A stretch of DNA of 56,541 bases, filler included, from Malacoraja senta (Eukaryota), in the NCBI GenBank assembly GCA_038087875.1. It is 2 parts of 2 records of this genome, joined end to end, with 100 filler letters (N's around TTAATTAATTAA, not from the genome) between each part and the next. Parts side by side here need not be neighbours in the genome. Positions count along the whole stretch, not along the records: positions 1 to 27,483 come from JAXLNO010003287.1; 1 more part is not named here. One strand, given 5' to 3'. The translations under genes were made by a program, and so were the position numbers. Shown piece by piece: positions 1 through 11,160 of this stretch; the first letter of the stretch is position 1; each line of letters begins with the position of its first letter. The notes beneath the pieces are model-generated. The model did not search any database. It was not told the origin of the DNA and saw only the letters and a program-made list of their open reading frames with translations.

Positions 1-374
1 AATTGTCCGAGGAAAGGTGCTATACGGCCTATTATGAATCCGAAATTCGCAGCACTCTGCAAACCAAGTAATGTACAATTACCCAACTTACTCTTTGGAG
101 AGGATCTCGAGAGATGTGTTAAAGAGTTGGAAGATGAAGCGAAAACAGGATTGATAAAAACATCAATGGTTGAAAAGTCTGTAAAGAGGAATATCCTTTC
201 AGATGTCATACGGATCCTGGACAGGACCAAGTCGCACATTAACGCAGGGACGTAGCTGGCGGCCTGCAGCGGGAGCAAGAACCAGTGAGGGTGCTTCCGG
301 GAGAATCCAGGAATCTCAGAGTACTCAAATGACTCAAGAGGTAGGTGGACCTGGTTCTCATGGGAACATACTAA

Positions 375-2560
375 CTGGATTAAGTCCAAAAGTTGGCGGC
401 AGATTATGTCTCTTCTATAAACAATTGGAAGATTACTTCAGATGTGGTAATTCTGAATAGTATACAAGGATTTTGAATTGAATTCAATCCAAATTATGAT
501 TTGCCTGTCCAGCATGTTCCTAGCAGAATTCTCCACTTCTTCGGCATGGACTTGAAAGGCCGAGATGGCCTGTTTTCCTGCTGTAATTGTCATATGGTTT
601 GCACAAAAAGAAGTGATGGAGGTTCAAGCTGCATTTCAAACCCTATATATAAAATGTGTTATTGAAGAATCAGTCTACCAAATTCACCAATTTGTGTTAA
701 ATATATTCCATCGATCAAAAAAGGATTGAGGATGTGGGATTATTCTAGACTTGACAAGTCTGAATCCTTTTGTTTAATTTAAACATTTTAAAAGAGATAT
801 TTGTGACTGCCAAACAACTTATTTCAGAAGCATGTCATATGGCAACTATAAATTTAAAAGATACATATTCAGTATCTTAAATTTACATGGATGAACCAGT
901 TATGGCAGTTCAAAGCTTTGCCTAATGGGTTAACGTCCGCTCCCAGAATATTCACAAATTTATTAAAACCAGTTCTGGGGTTGCTAAGAAGCCAGGGGCA
1001 TGTACTAGTGGCATATTTTGGATGATGTGCTGATAATAGGAAGGACAAAACAGTCAACAGAAGCATCTGTGGCAGTTGTGAAATCAACTTTTGAAAGTTT
1101 GGGGTTTCTAATTCATCCAAAGGAATCAAGGTTAACACCATGTACCTCGATTGATTATTTGGGGTTCACAATTGATTCAGTCCAAATGAAAATTACTTTG
1201 CCCAGTGAAAAAAGGGTGGAGTTGATTAAAGATTGCAGTAATCTGGTAAACGAGCAAAACCCCTCGATCAGACAGGTGGCTTGAGTACTGGGAAAATTAG
1301 TAGCAGCATTCCCAGCAGTCCAATTCGGACCATTATATTATCAACAGCTGCAGAGAGTTAAAGAACAGGCACTGAGAATGCATGTTGGTCATTTTGATAG
1401 AACCATGCAACTGACAACAAATGCTGTTTCTGATCTGCAGTGGTGGATTCTACATGTCTCAAGCAGTTCCAGCAGAGTGCTGATTGAACAAACCTTCCAT
1501 GATATTACAAACAGATGCCAGTACACTAGGATGGGGTGAAACTGACTTAGCATCTAGCTGCGGAGGCAGATGGAATCAGGAAGAGTCATTGTTACTGCAG
1601 ACATGGGGAGTTAACTATTTGGAGTTTTAGGATGTTTCTATGGACTCCAAGGTTATTGTTCTAACACAACTAAAAGGCATGTCCAAGTTCAGATTGATAA
1701 ACACAACAGCAATTGCCTATATTAATGATATGGATGAAATCAAGTCAGGGTCATGTGACAAAATGGCTAATCAACTTTGGACTGGGTGTATTGAAAAGAA
1801 TATTTGGATTTCAGCTATCTATCTACCAGGTAGAATGAACACGATAGCAGACACCAGGTCACGAAAGTTCCATGATAATAAGAATGGATGTTGAATCGAG
1901 AAGTATTCAATGATATAGTAATCAGATTTGGAATGCCCAACATTGACTTGTTTATATCTAGGCTGAATCATCAGCTATCGAGATATGTCTCATGTGAATC
2001 AGATCCAGGAGCAGTGGCGATTGATTCTTTCTCGCTACATTGGAGTGATATGTTGTCATATATATTTCCACTTTTCTGCCTTATAAGCCAGTGTTTGCTT
2101 AAAGTCAGGCAAGATGCTGATTCAGGTGTATTGGTAATACCAGATTGGCCTACACAGCCATGGTATCTGTTGATATTAGAATTAACAACACAAATGTTGA
2201 TGAAAGTCCCCAAAAGGAGTAATTTGTTGCTGCACCCTGTAACAGGGAAACAACATCCATTATATCGACCACCCCGGGCCGCGGTGTTTGAGCCGCGGGA
2301 AACATCGCCCGGGGGGTATCGCCTCAGCGCAGAGGGAGAAGAGGAGGGAAGAGACTGCAGACCTAAGACTTTTGCCTCCATCACAGTGAGGAGATGTTGG
2401 GTGGACTCACTGTGGTGGATGTTAATATGTGTTTATTGTTGTTTTATGTATGACTGTTGCAATTTCGTTCAGACTTCGGTCTGAATGACAATAAAGGGCT
2501 ATCTAATCTAATCTATCTAATCTAATGATTGTTTGGATTTGTTGATTTGCAGGTTTAAGA
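375..2560 (+). pseudogene. DIRS RT-RNaseH-methyltransferase ORF, with frameshifts and stops and one insertion
   Basis: ORF-track pieces 1018-1284, 1640-1894 and 1888-2484 carry RT, RNase H and MT motifs; the frame resumes after the 2266-2526 insertion as HPLY|DCLDLLICRF. Confidence 0.88.
2266..2526 (+). mobile_element. 5'-truncated GC-rich non-LTR retroposon 3' end with (CTAAT)n tail, inserted in DIRS
   Basis: Hairpin 2377-2419, terminal UUCG stem-loop 2467-2486, GACAATAAA and tandem tail; removing it restores the DIRS reading frame. Confidence 0.8.
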
Positions 2561-2577
2561 AGGCCTTTTCTGGGGCG

Positions 2578-3526
2578 AGGACTGTCTGAGCGTACTGTGG
2601 ACATGCTTACGGCAGCCTGGAGGAAGAGCACTCCAAAAACAGTACCTTTCTTATATTAAGAAATGGGAAAAGTTCTGTGTACAAAAGAATTTGCAATATA
2701 GTACTGCAGATATTTCAAATGTTTAGAAAATCTGTCAAAACTCTATTATGATGAAGGTCTGAGTTGTAGTGCAATTAATTCAGCCATAAGTGCATTGCCC
2801 TCATATTTGGTTCTGGATTCAGAAATAAACCCAATTGGGTCACACCCAATTCTTTCCAGACTAATGAAAGGAATCTTTAATTCCAAACCACCGAAACCTA
2901 GGTACATGACAATCTGGGATGTAAGTGTGGTACTGAAACTACTTCGTGAATGGTCACCAAGTGTGTCTTTACCTTTGGTCAAGCTCAGGATGAAAGTATT
3001 CATGCTTATGGCATGAGTGACTGCACAACGAGTGCAAACACTTAGAAAATTACAAATAGATACTATGGAAGTAACTGAAGACAAGGTTACATTCTATATC
3101 TATGACCTATTAAAGCAAATTAGGCCAGGTGTGACAGGATTTAAAATTATGCTAGCAGCATATCCAAATGATCCTTGTCTCTGTGTTAAGACATATTTGT
3201 GACAATGCATTGAGGTCACAAAGCATTTAAGAAATACGGAAACTGGGTTGTTAATCACACACAAGAAACCACACAAGAGAGTTTCAATACAGACTATTTC
3301 CTGATGGATAAAAGAAGTCATAACAGCTGCTGATATTAACACTTATGTTTTTACGTCTCACTCGACTAGGGCAGCAGAAATGTCGGCGGCCAGGGCATAA
3401 GACGTCCCCGTCGACCATATCCTCGCAGCCGCCGGATGGTCCAATGAGTTGATGTTTCAACATTTTTACCATCGGCCTATTGTTAATGCGGGATTGTGTG
3501 CAGAAACTATTTTAAGTTCTGTGTAA
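2578..3526 (+). pseudogene. DIRS tyrosine recombinase ORF, disrupted
   Basis: GLSERTVDMLTAAWRKST, HPILSRLMKGIFNSKPPKPRY..WDV..VL, AQRVQTL, HSTRAA and AAGWSNELMFQHFY motifs. Confidence 0.88.
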
Positions 3527-3728
3527 ATTCCTCTGGTATAAAGGGGATCTGATTAATTTCATTATTGAAATGAATGACTGCATTTGTGGTACAAATGTTA
3601 TTATGAATGCATGATTGATTATTCTCATTCCGAGTCAATCTATGCAGTGAGAAGCCGGGATTGATCTACGGCATGAAATCACAAAGCTTTAAAATCTTCA
3701 CGTAGTAACTCACGTGACTCCGAAGTAA

Positions 3729-4032
3729 AATAGTAAGATTAAACGAGAACTTACCTAAGTTTGAAGTTTGATCTTTATTTTATGAGGAGTTACGTAGGTG
3801 ATTACGTGCCCGCCATGACCCTACCCTCTATCATAAAGGTCAGATTGAAGTTCTTGTATTACTCGTTTTATTATGAGACTATATTACTTCGGTTGTTGTT
3901 TTTTGTGATTTCACACCGCTGCTTTGAAGATTGGCGCACTGGCGGGGTTCTTCACGTAATCACCTACGTAACTCCTCATAAAATAAAGATCAAACTTCAA
4001 ACTTAGGTAAGTTCTCGTTTAATCTTACTATT
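3729..4032. repeat. Perfect 80-bp inverted repeat, DIRS ICR / right ITR end
   Basis: 3729-3808 is the exact reverse complement of 3953-4032. Confidence 0.92.
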
Positions 4033-4179
4033 AGTTTATACCTGTTATTAATGTAATCATGATCCCTATGTATCAATACCATTGTTATGTTTATCATTAT
4101 TCTTTTTGCTCTGTTTTTTATGTTTTATTTTTGTTTTTGTTTTTTTGAAAAAAAACAATAAAAAGATTTTAAAAGAAAG
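4033..4179 (+). mobile_element. 3' tail of an L1 element, cut by the DIRS insertion
   Basis: Matches the 3' UTR and A-rich tail of the L1 at 44547-44691. Confidence 0.85.
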
Positions 4180-4710
4180 GTACTGAATAAAAAAGTTGGG
4201 ATGTTCTGCTACAGTTGTACAAGATGTTGGTGAGGTCACATTTGGAGTAATGTGTTAAGTTTTGGTCACTCCACTATCGGAAGGATGTCATTAACAGGGC
4301 CTGTGATTCAGGGAGAGGATGAGAATGCTTGGACTTTAGTCCTTGGCACGCAAGAGGCTGAGGGGTGATCTTATAGAAGTTTATAAAATCAAGGAGCATA
4401 GATAGATTGAATGCACGGAATCTTTTAACCAGCCTTGTGTAATCAAGAACCAGAGGACTTAGGTTTAAGGTGAGAAGGAAACGAGTTACTCGGAACCAGA
4501 GGAAGTGGAAATATGGAAGAACATTCCAGCGGAAGGAGTTGAGGCAGGTATTAAAAAACATTTAGAACACACTTGGACAGGTACATACTGTAGATAGGAA
4601 AGGTTCAGTGAGATATGGGTCAATTGCAGGTAAATTGTAGTTTAAACATGGCATCTTGGTTGACATGGCCAAGTTGAGGTGGCCATTTCCATGCCGTATG
4701 ACTCTATGGC
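4180..4710 (+). mobile_element. Degenerate CR1 LINE 3' fragment
   Basis: LLQLYKMLVRSHLE-like decayed RT C-terminus and GDLIEVYKI motif; paralog at about 44692-45220. Confidence 0.75.
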
Positions 4711-4877
4711 TCCGTGGGCTTGAAAAGCCAATTCTTTTCCGTTTCACTGCTACATGATAGTTAATCACCCTCACTAATAGTGACCACAATGGCAGACCCA
4801 TGACCACGACTGGTTTACAGTGATAATAAGCTAACCATTGCCTCAGTTCAAATATGCATGTCGTTGATGTTCAATGA

Positions 4878-5083
4878 CTAAATTGTTGCTGCATTCTTAG
4901 TTTTGGCAAGGTTCTGATCTGGGTGCTGGAGCTGTTGGACATCTTGATACCATGAAAGCAGAACCTCCGTTTCAGGAAATATACTTGCTGAATGGTGCCT
5001 CAGACCAGAAATGCCAGGGAACATTGTATTTTGAAGAGGAAATATTACACAACCAAGGCCAAGTGCTCGAGAAAGCTGCACGT
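4878..5083 (-). CDS. Candidate terminal (cytoplasmic tail) exon of MHC class I-like copy 1
   Basis: An acceptor ...ataacag in phase 1 continues the TM exon as DVQLSRALG...PETEVLLSWYQDVQQLQHPDQNLAKTKNAATI*. An inner acceptor (accattcag) gives the same frame. The acceptors are weak and there is no transcript evidence. Confidence 0.35.
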
Positions 5084-5254
5084 CTGTTATTTCAATGAAA
5101 ACTCTGCTCTTCATCCATCTTATCATTTTGATCACCCAGTTTAGTTTATAATATTGTATAACATTTGCAATCAATTCTCACAGTTTATGACATTTACAGC
5201 TGGTGTGAAGATGCATCAGTAAATACCTTCTGTCTTCCAATTTAGTTTATTTAA

Positions 5255-5435
5255 TAGAAAGATAGAAACATAAAAAAATAGGTGCAGGAATAGGCTATTC
5301 GGCCCTTTGAGCCAGCACCGCCATTCAATACAATCATGGCTGATCATCCAAAATTAATACTCCGATCTGGCTGTTTCCCCATATCCCTTGAATCCCTTAG
5401 CCCTAAGAGCTAAATCTAACTCTCTCTTGAAAACA
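5255..5435 (-). mobile_element. CR1/HER1-type LINE 3' end
   Basis: Reverse complement reads ...gatcagccatgattgtattgaatggcggtgctggctcaaagggccgaatagcctattcctgcacctatttt...tttcta. Confidence 0.8.
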
Positions 5436-5436
5436 G

Positions 5437-5728
5437 TGATACAGTGTGTAAACAGGCCATTTGTGCCACCAAATCCATACTAACCAGCAATCACCCATTC
5501 ATAATAGATTTCCCATCCACCCCCTACACTATCAGGGTGACTTACCGAGGATGATTACCTGCACACCTGCTCATCTTTGGGATATGGGAGGAAACCGGAG
5601 CTCCCTGAGGAAGCCCACATAGTCACAAGGAGAACATGCAAACTCCACGTAGACAGTACCCGAGGTCCAGATTGAACCTGGGTCTCTGGCGTTGTGAGGC
5701 AGCAGTTCTACCAGCTGCACTACCATGC
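5437..5728 (-). mobile_element. HE1/V-SINE-type tRNA-derived SINE
   Basis: Reverse strand has the box A/B head (gtagaactgctgcctcac..gacccaggttcaatc) and the V-domain (ggagtttgcatgttctcc..ggtttcctccca). Confidence 0.75.
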
Positions 5729-6239
5729 TGCATTACGTACAAACTCTAAATCCTACACTGACTTTCCCTTCCACGTTATATTCAACACAATAACTCCTTT
5801 ACACAGGAGGAAAGTGAACTGCAATTCATCACCAGAATATATCTTACAACAGTGTGATCACAGGCAAGAAATCAGTGATATAGATGACTTTGAATTTACA
5901 CTAAAACCCTGATCATCCAGCTCTCTTGGGATTTGGGAAATGGTAGATTTTAAGGACTGCTGCATGTTACTCCAAACATACTTTAATTCAACTAATTTAA
6001 GCACTTGTTGAGCAAGTCAGTGGTTGAGGTGCATCTGTACACTACTATCAGACTTAAGCGGAGGAATACCCATTGTAATTTGCCTGAAGAGTCTCGAACC
6101 AGATTGTCACCTATCCATGGTCTCCAGGGATGTTGCCTGACCTGCTGAGTTACTCTAGCACTGTCCCTCACAGTCTTTCCCAATCTTATAAATCAAAAAT
6201 AGTCAACATCTTTCTACATCATAAAGAGTCATGGAAATA

Positions 6240-6510
6240 TGCAGCAAACAAACAAAACCCTTTGTCCCACTGACCTGCACCAACCATTCATGTACACTAA
6301 TCCTATATTTGTCCCACATTCTCATCAGCTCTCCCCACATTGTATCATGCACAATCTAGGGGACAACTAACCTACCAAACCATGTTTTGGGGATGTGGGA
6401 GGAAACCAGAGCACCTGGGGAAACCCACATGGTCACAGGAACAACATGCAAACTCTACAGATACAACAGCCGATGTCGGTATTTAATTCAGGTCTCTGGC
6501 TCTGTGCTGC
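6240..6510 (-). mobile_element. HE1/V-SINE-type SINE, degenerate
   Basis: V-domain on the reverse strand (gagtttgcatgttgttcctgtgaccatgtgggtttcccc). Confidence 0.65.
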
Positions 6511-6647
6511 CCTGTTTCACATTGTAGTCCACCTGTCATGTTGTTGCTCATTCATTCGACTTTCCACATTGAACCATTTCTCCCACTACTCACATTCCCA
6601 CTTAATTTTGAGTCATAGAAACATAGAGTCTTCCAGCAACAGCGGCC

Positions 6648-6960
6648 TTGGTGGCAGCTACTGAGTGCAGCAGTAGAGTTGCTGCCTTACAGCGCTTGCA
6701 GCACCGGAGACCCGGGTTCGATCCCGACTACTGATGCTGTCTGTACAGAGTTTGTACGTTCTCCCCATGACCGCGTGTGTTTTCTCCGAGATCTAAGGTT
6801 TCCTCCCACACTCCAAAGACGTACAGGTATGTAGGTTAATTGGCTTGGTGTGCGTGTATAGGATAGTGTTAATGTGCGGGGATCGCTGGTCAGCGCAGAC
6901 TCGGTGGGCCTAAGGACCTATTTCGTCACTGTATCTCTAAATTAAACTAAACAAAACTAG
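6648..6960 (+). mobile_element. HE1/V-SINE-type SINE
   Basis: Box B gacccgggttcgatccc, V-domain and CR1-derived tail gtatctctaaattaaactaaac. Confidence 0.85.
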
Positions 6961-7029
6961 TAAATGTTAAACTGCAACCAATCTGCCTCGTAGCTGACTT
7001 GGATCATGAACAGTGCGAGCCCCCAACAG

Positions 7030-7355
7030 AGCAGCACAGTGTCACAACTCGTAGAGCTGCTGCCTCACAGCGACACAGACCCGGGTTCAATTTTGACCTT
7101 GAGTGCCATCTATGTGGAGTTTGCATGTTCTCCGTGTAACCGCATTGGATCCCTCCAGGGGCTCCGGTTTCCTCACACATCCTAAGATGTGTCAGTTTAT
7201 AGTTTAATTGGCCACTGTAAATTGCCCCTAGTGGGTGGGTGACTGGATGAGAAGGTGCAATGAGATAGAATTCATGAGAACAGGTGGTTGGTGGTTGGCA
7301 TGGACACGGTGGGCCAAAAGGACTGCTTCCATGCTGTACTTTTTAATGACTCATT
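7030..7355 (+). mobile_element. HE1/V-SINE-type SINE
   Basis: gtagagctgctgcctcacag..gacccgggttcaat head, V-domain and tail. Confidence 0.78.
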
Positions 7356-7593
7356 GATATTTCTAGGATTTGGGGCAGTGAATCCATAATGTTTAACTTT
7401 TTTTTACACTGAATTCACAATTTTTAAATATCTGATTATCAGAAACATTTAACAACAGCACAAAGGCTAGTTGACAGTGGTGACTGTCGAGGCATTTCAG
7501 GTGTAGCTGCTGCCTTATCCTACTTGAGATCGATCATTTCTTCAAGCCCAATACCTTTACTAGCAACAGTGCATCACAATTTTTCCATCTTAC

Positions 7594-7701
7594 CTCTCCT
7601 CTTTTTTCTCCACAAAACAATTACTGCCAAGACAATAGCCAGCAATATCAGCACACACACGGCAATAAGGCCTATGTGCCTTTCTTTCTTCCTATTTCCT
7701 T
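7594..7701 (-). CDS. Transmembrane exon of MHC class I-like heavy chain, copy 1
   Basis: ttatttttcag|...|gtaag, 108 bp, phase 1-1, encoding (E)GNRKKERHIGLIAVCVLILLAIVLAVIVLWRKKRR: a 22-residue hydrophobic run followed by a basic stop-transfer signal, in phase with the alpha3 exon. Confidence 0.88.
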
Positions 7702-7769
7702 CTGAAAAATAAGAATGCATAATTTTACAAATCAATTGTTAAGCTGTGCAGCTAAATAGATGGGCACTG

Positions 7770-8480
7770 TCTGAAGACTTCAGGGTGAAGAAGGGTCTCG
7801 ACCCGAAATGCCACCTATTCCTTTTCTCCAGAGATGTTACCTGACCGCTGAGTTACTCCAGCATTTTGTGTCTATATTTGGGGCTTTTCAAGGTATATAA
7901 GATGATATGGTGTTTTGAATCACGGAGTTCTGCAGCATGGCAAAGGGACAATATATGTTCTGTACAACTCTATGATATATGGCACCATCACAGCCACAAC
8001 TTAATTCAAGAAAGAAGGTGAATTGAAAGCAGAAAGCTTTAACCCTATATAAACTAACATCTGTTTTGGGGAAAATGCTGGATTCCTTTCAATAATGGCA
8101 GAACATTTAAGTAATAACAAAACAATAAAGTGCATTATCAGGAAAATTGTAGAAAGAAAGAGATGCAGATACTGATTTACACAAAAGCTTTAGTTTAGTT
8201 TATTGTCACATGTATTGAGGTACAGTGAAAAGCTTTTGTTTCATGCTAACCAGTCAGTGGAAAGAATATACATAATAGACACAAAATGCTGGAGTAACTC
8301 AGCGGAACAGGCAGCATCTCTGGCGAACATGGATTCATCACCTATTCCTTTTCTCCAGAGATGCTGGCTGACCAGCTGAGTTATTCCAGCAATTTGTGTC
8401 CATCTTTGGTGTAAACCAGCATTTGCAGTTTCTTCTTACACATGGACAGGTGACGTTTCGTTTTGGGACCCTTCTTCAAA
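7770..8480. mobile_element. Penelope-type terminal-repeat fragments (7770-7880 and 8277-8480)
   Basis: gacacaaaatgctggagtaactcagcgg..caggcagcatctctgg motif, the same as the flank of the GIY-YIG element at 17135-17935; further copies near 6130, 11690, 12950 and 13160. Confidence 0.65.
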
Positions 8481-8499
8481 CTTTGTTTGAGAAATTGAT

Positions 8500-9230
8500 T
8501 AGAACTCTTTGAAAATGCAACAGGAACCCGTAGACAATGTATATTCGAGCAGCAGGTGTGAAAAGCCTAAAATTCATAAACAAAATGATGGAAAAGCAGA
8601 ATAGGTAACAAAATTGGAATGAGAAACAAAAGAAATACAATATATTGTAGAGATCCAAACGTCGTGAACAAATCAATGTTTTTTTAAAGAAATACAGTTT
8701 TGGCCCACTCGCGTTTAGTAAGGACTTGAGCAAAGTTCCTGCCGTTGTTATCGGGCACACCAGTTGACTGGCGATTAACTCATCACCAACTCCCACCAAA
8801 ACCCTGTCACTCACGTGATAGTCCCAGCTCCCCTGACGAGGGTTCTAGCAATAAGTGGCCTGACCACCAGATGTCGCCACAATATCTGGATTTTCATAAG
8901 ATATCTGATCAAGTGATGCAAAGGCACATGGCTTATGACATTGGGGGTAATAATTAGCATGAATGGAAAAACAATTAAGAGCAAGCAGAGAGTTGTCTTA
9001 AAGGAGTGTTCTGGTTGGGAAACTGCAACTGCAGGTTGGGAATCAATGCAAGAAAGTGAACTACTTATCGTTGGTATTAAGAGCAGATGAAGGGACTGGT
9101 GGCGCTGTAGCCTAGATTGCTGATGATACATAGATAGGTTGGAAATTAAGTTCTGGGGTATGTCAACAGTCTTCAGAGTGAAACATCAGATTCCTTAGTT
9201 GTGCATTGTTCGAGGGAATCTTCAAAAGTG
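8500..9230 (+). mobile_element. Ancient CR1 RT remnant
   Basis: Decayed G.PVDW, KQRVVL..CSGW and ADDT.IG motifs. Confidence 0.6.
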
Positions 9231-9379
9231 AGCATTTGTGTAGGTTAGTGCAGCATACTTGGAATCAAACTTCTACGATCGCTGTTTGTCAGGCAGTTAT
9301 ATTTTTCGTTGCTGAATCTGTAACTTGCGTCATGGAACTTACTTCATTAGGTTTAGTTTTATTAACGCCAGATGTTTCA

Positions 9380-10055
9380 AAATATGAGCAAAGTTTGTTT
9401 TGTATGCTATCCAAACAAATTATAAAACTATACATAAATACAAACTCAAAAACAATAGATAGAGCAAAGAGGAGGATACAGAGTACAGAATATAGTTCTC
9501 AGCATTGTAACACATCAGTTCCATGGACAATGTTCAATGTTCAATGAGGTTGAGGTGAATCGGGCATTAAACCTACATTATGGAAGAAGCCTGTTAACAG
9601 GTGGAAAGGGGGTGTTCCTGAGTCTGGCAGTGCATATTTTCAACTTTCTGTACCTAATGCCTGATGGGAGCAAGAAGGAGGAAGGTTGGGATAAGTCTCG
9701 TTTTCCAAGGCAACCTAGTGTAGATTGAGCCAATAGTGGGAAGTCTGGCCTGTGTGATGATCTTTAACTCTTTGTATATTCTTGCAGTCTTGGGCAGTGC
9801 AGTTCCCAAATCAAGATGTGATGCAACCCAACAACATGCTTTCTCTAGCGGCATCTATAGATGTTTGCTAGAGTCACCAGAGACATGATGAATATTCTCA
9901 GTCTCCTGAGGAAGTAGAGGTGTCGGTGTGCCTCCTTGGCTATGTGGTCAGTCCTTTACAGAATATTGGATAAATTCATGCCAAGGAACATGAAGCTCTC
10001 AATCATTTCCACTTCGGACCATTGATTCAGATTGGGGCATGTACTCCCCCAGTGC
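9380..10055 (-). mobile_element. Rex-Babar/L2-group LINE 3' fragment
   Basis: LPTIGSIYTR..LLPSGIRYRKLK..TARLRNTPFPPVNRL-like RT tail; mirror copy at about 26720-27400. Confidence 0.65.
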
Positions 10056-10369
10056 CTTGTTGTTAATCACATCATGAGGAAAGATTCATTTTGTATTTAA
10101 ACATACCTTTCATAGATTTCAGTTCCACCACTGAGAATCTCAAATACTCCTTCCTTATATATTAGTTATTTATTTACTTTTGATAAATGTTCTGTTGACA
10201 AAGTCTTCTGCTCATGTGGAGAGTGGGTGCTGATTACGTGATTACTTAGAGCAACACCACTAAACAAAGAAAGTTTAAGCATCTTGGAATATGGGATGTA
10301 TTCATGATGATTAAAATGGAAACAACAGAAGATAATGATTATCTATGAAAGAATATTTAACGTTCTTAC

Positions 10370-10636
10370 CCCAGATGATGGTCTTCCCACCGGGCAGGCT
10401 GCTGTGATCGACATGACAGGAATACTGTTTCCCATCATACGGATCATACTCAAGGACAGACCTTAGATGATATGTTCCATCGTTGTTGGGTATGACCCCA
10501 GAAGATTTGGTCTCAGAGACATGTTGACCATTCTGCAACCAGCTGACATTGATGGCCGGTGGGTAAAATCCAAACACAGTGCAGTACAGGACTGAATGAT
10601 CATCAGGGCGGGCAGCGAGAGTGACCTCAGGGGAAA
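10370..10636 (-). CDS. Ig-C1 alpha3 exon of MHC class I-like heavy chain, copy 1
   Basis: tgtcttgtag|...|gtaag, 267 bp, phase 1-1: (V)SPEVTLAARPDDHSVLYCTVFGFYPPAINVSWLQNGQHVSETKSSGVIPNNDGTYHLRSVLEYDPYDGKQYSCHVDHSSLPGGKTIIW. It has C..GFYP, W, PNxDGTY and YSCxVxH, typical of class I alpha3. Confidence 0.93.
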
Positions 10637-10734
10637 CTACAAGACAGTAAGATGGTTATTTTCATCTTCAGTAAAACTTGCACAGTCACCCACCACAAAA
10701 TATTCTTCAGTCCACTACAACAACCAAGTTACTG

Positions 10735-11160
10735 TCCACATCTGCCCCATTTTGCCTCTTTCGGCACCATCAACCAACCACGTGGTTTAAAAGGGATCGC
10801 ACGCTCCCTGTTAAGACAGTACACAAGAAAGTTTGAAAGTACGTACCATTAAATTCAGGAACAGCTTCTTCCCCACTGTTATTGGACTACTGAATGGTTC
10901 TCATGTAAGATAAGATGTTGCCCTGATCTTCCAACCAATCTCATTGTGATCCTTGCAACTCTTTTTGATCTGCACTTTCTCTGTAACTGTAATGCTATGA
11001 TATTGTAACCCGATATTCTGCACTCTGAGAATTTTTCTCTTTGCACTGTTCTACTTGTGGATGGCTTGATTGCACATGTGTAGTATGATCTGATTGGATA
11101 ACACACAGACAAACTTTTGACTATATCACAGTTCATGTGACAATAATAAACTAATACCAT
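10735..11160 (+). mobile_element. Rex-Babar-type LINE 3' end
   Basis: ttcaggaacagcttcttccccactgttattggactactgaat coding end, then gtgacaataataaactaata tail. Confidence 0.7.

Larger units (their letters stand above)
1..4032 (+). mobile_element. DIRS1-like tyrosine-recombinase retrotransposon, decayed, 5' part outside the window
   Basis: Domains occur in DIRS order: gag C-terminus (LFGEDL), RT start (KVGGRL..W.ITSD), RT active site (AYxDD near 1012-1026), RNase H (LQTDASTLGWG), adenine-MTase-like domain (IDLFISRLNHQL..DPGAVAIDSF..FP.F..PDWPTQPWY), YR (HSTRAA, ILAAAGWS). Terminal inverted structure at 3729-4032. Confidence 0.93.

Noticed and set aside
10370-10636. MHC class II beta2, class II alpha2 or immunoglobulin constant exon
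   Set aside because: It has PNNDGTY rather than the class II beta NGDW motif, the linked TM lacks class II glycine patterning, and the SSGV.PN.DGT context fits class I alpha3. Lineage remains untested.
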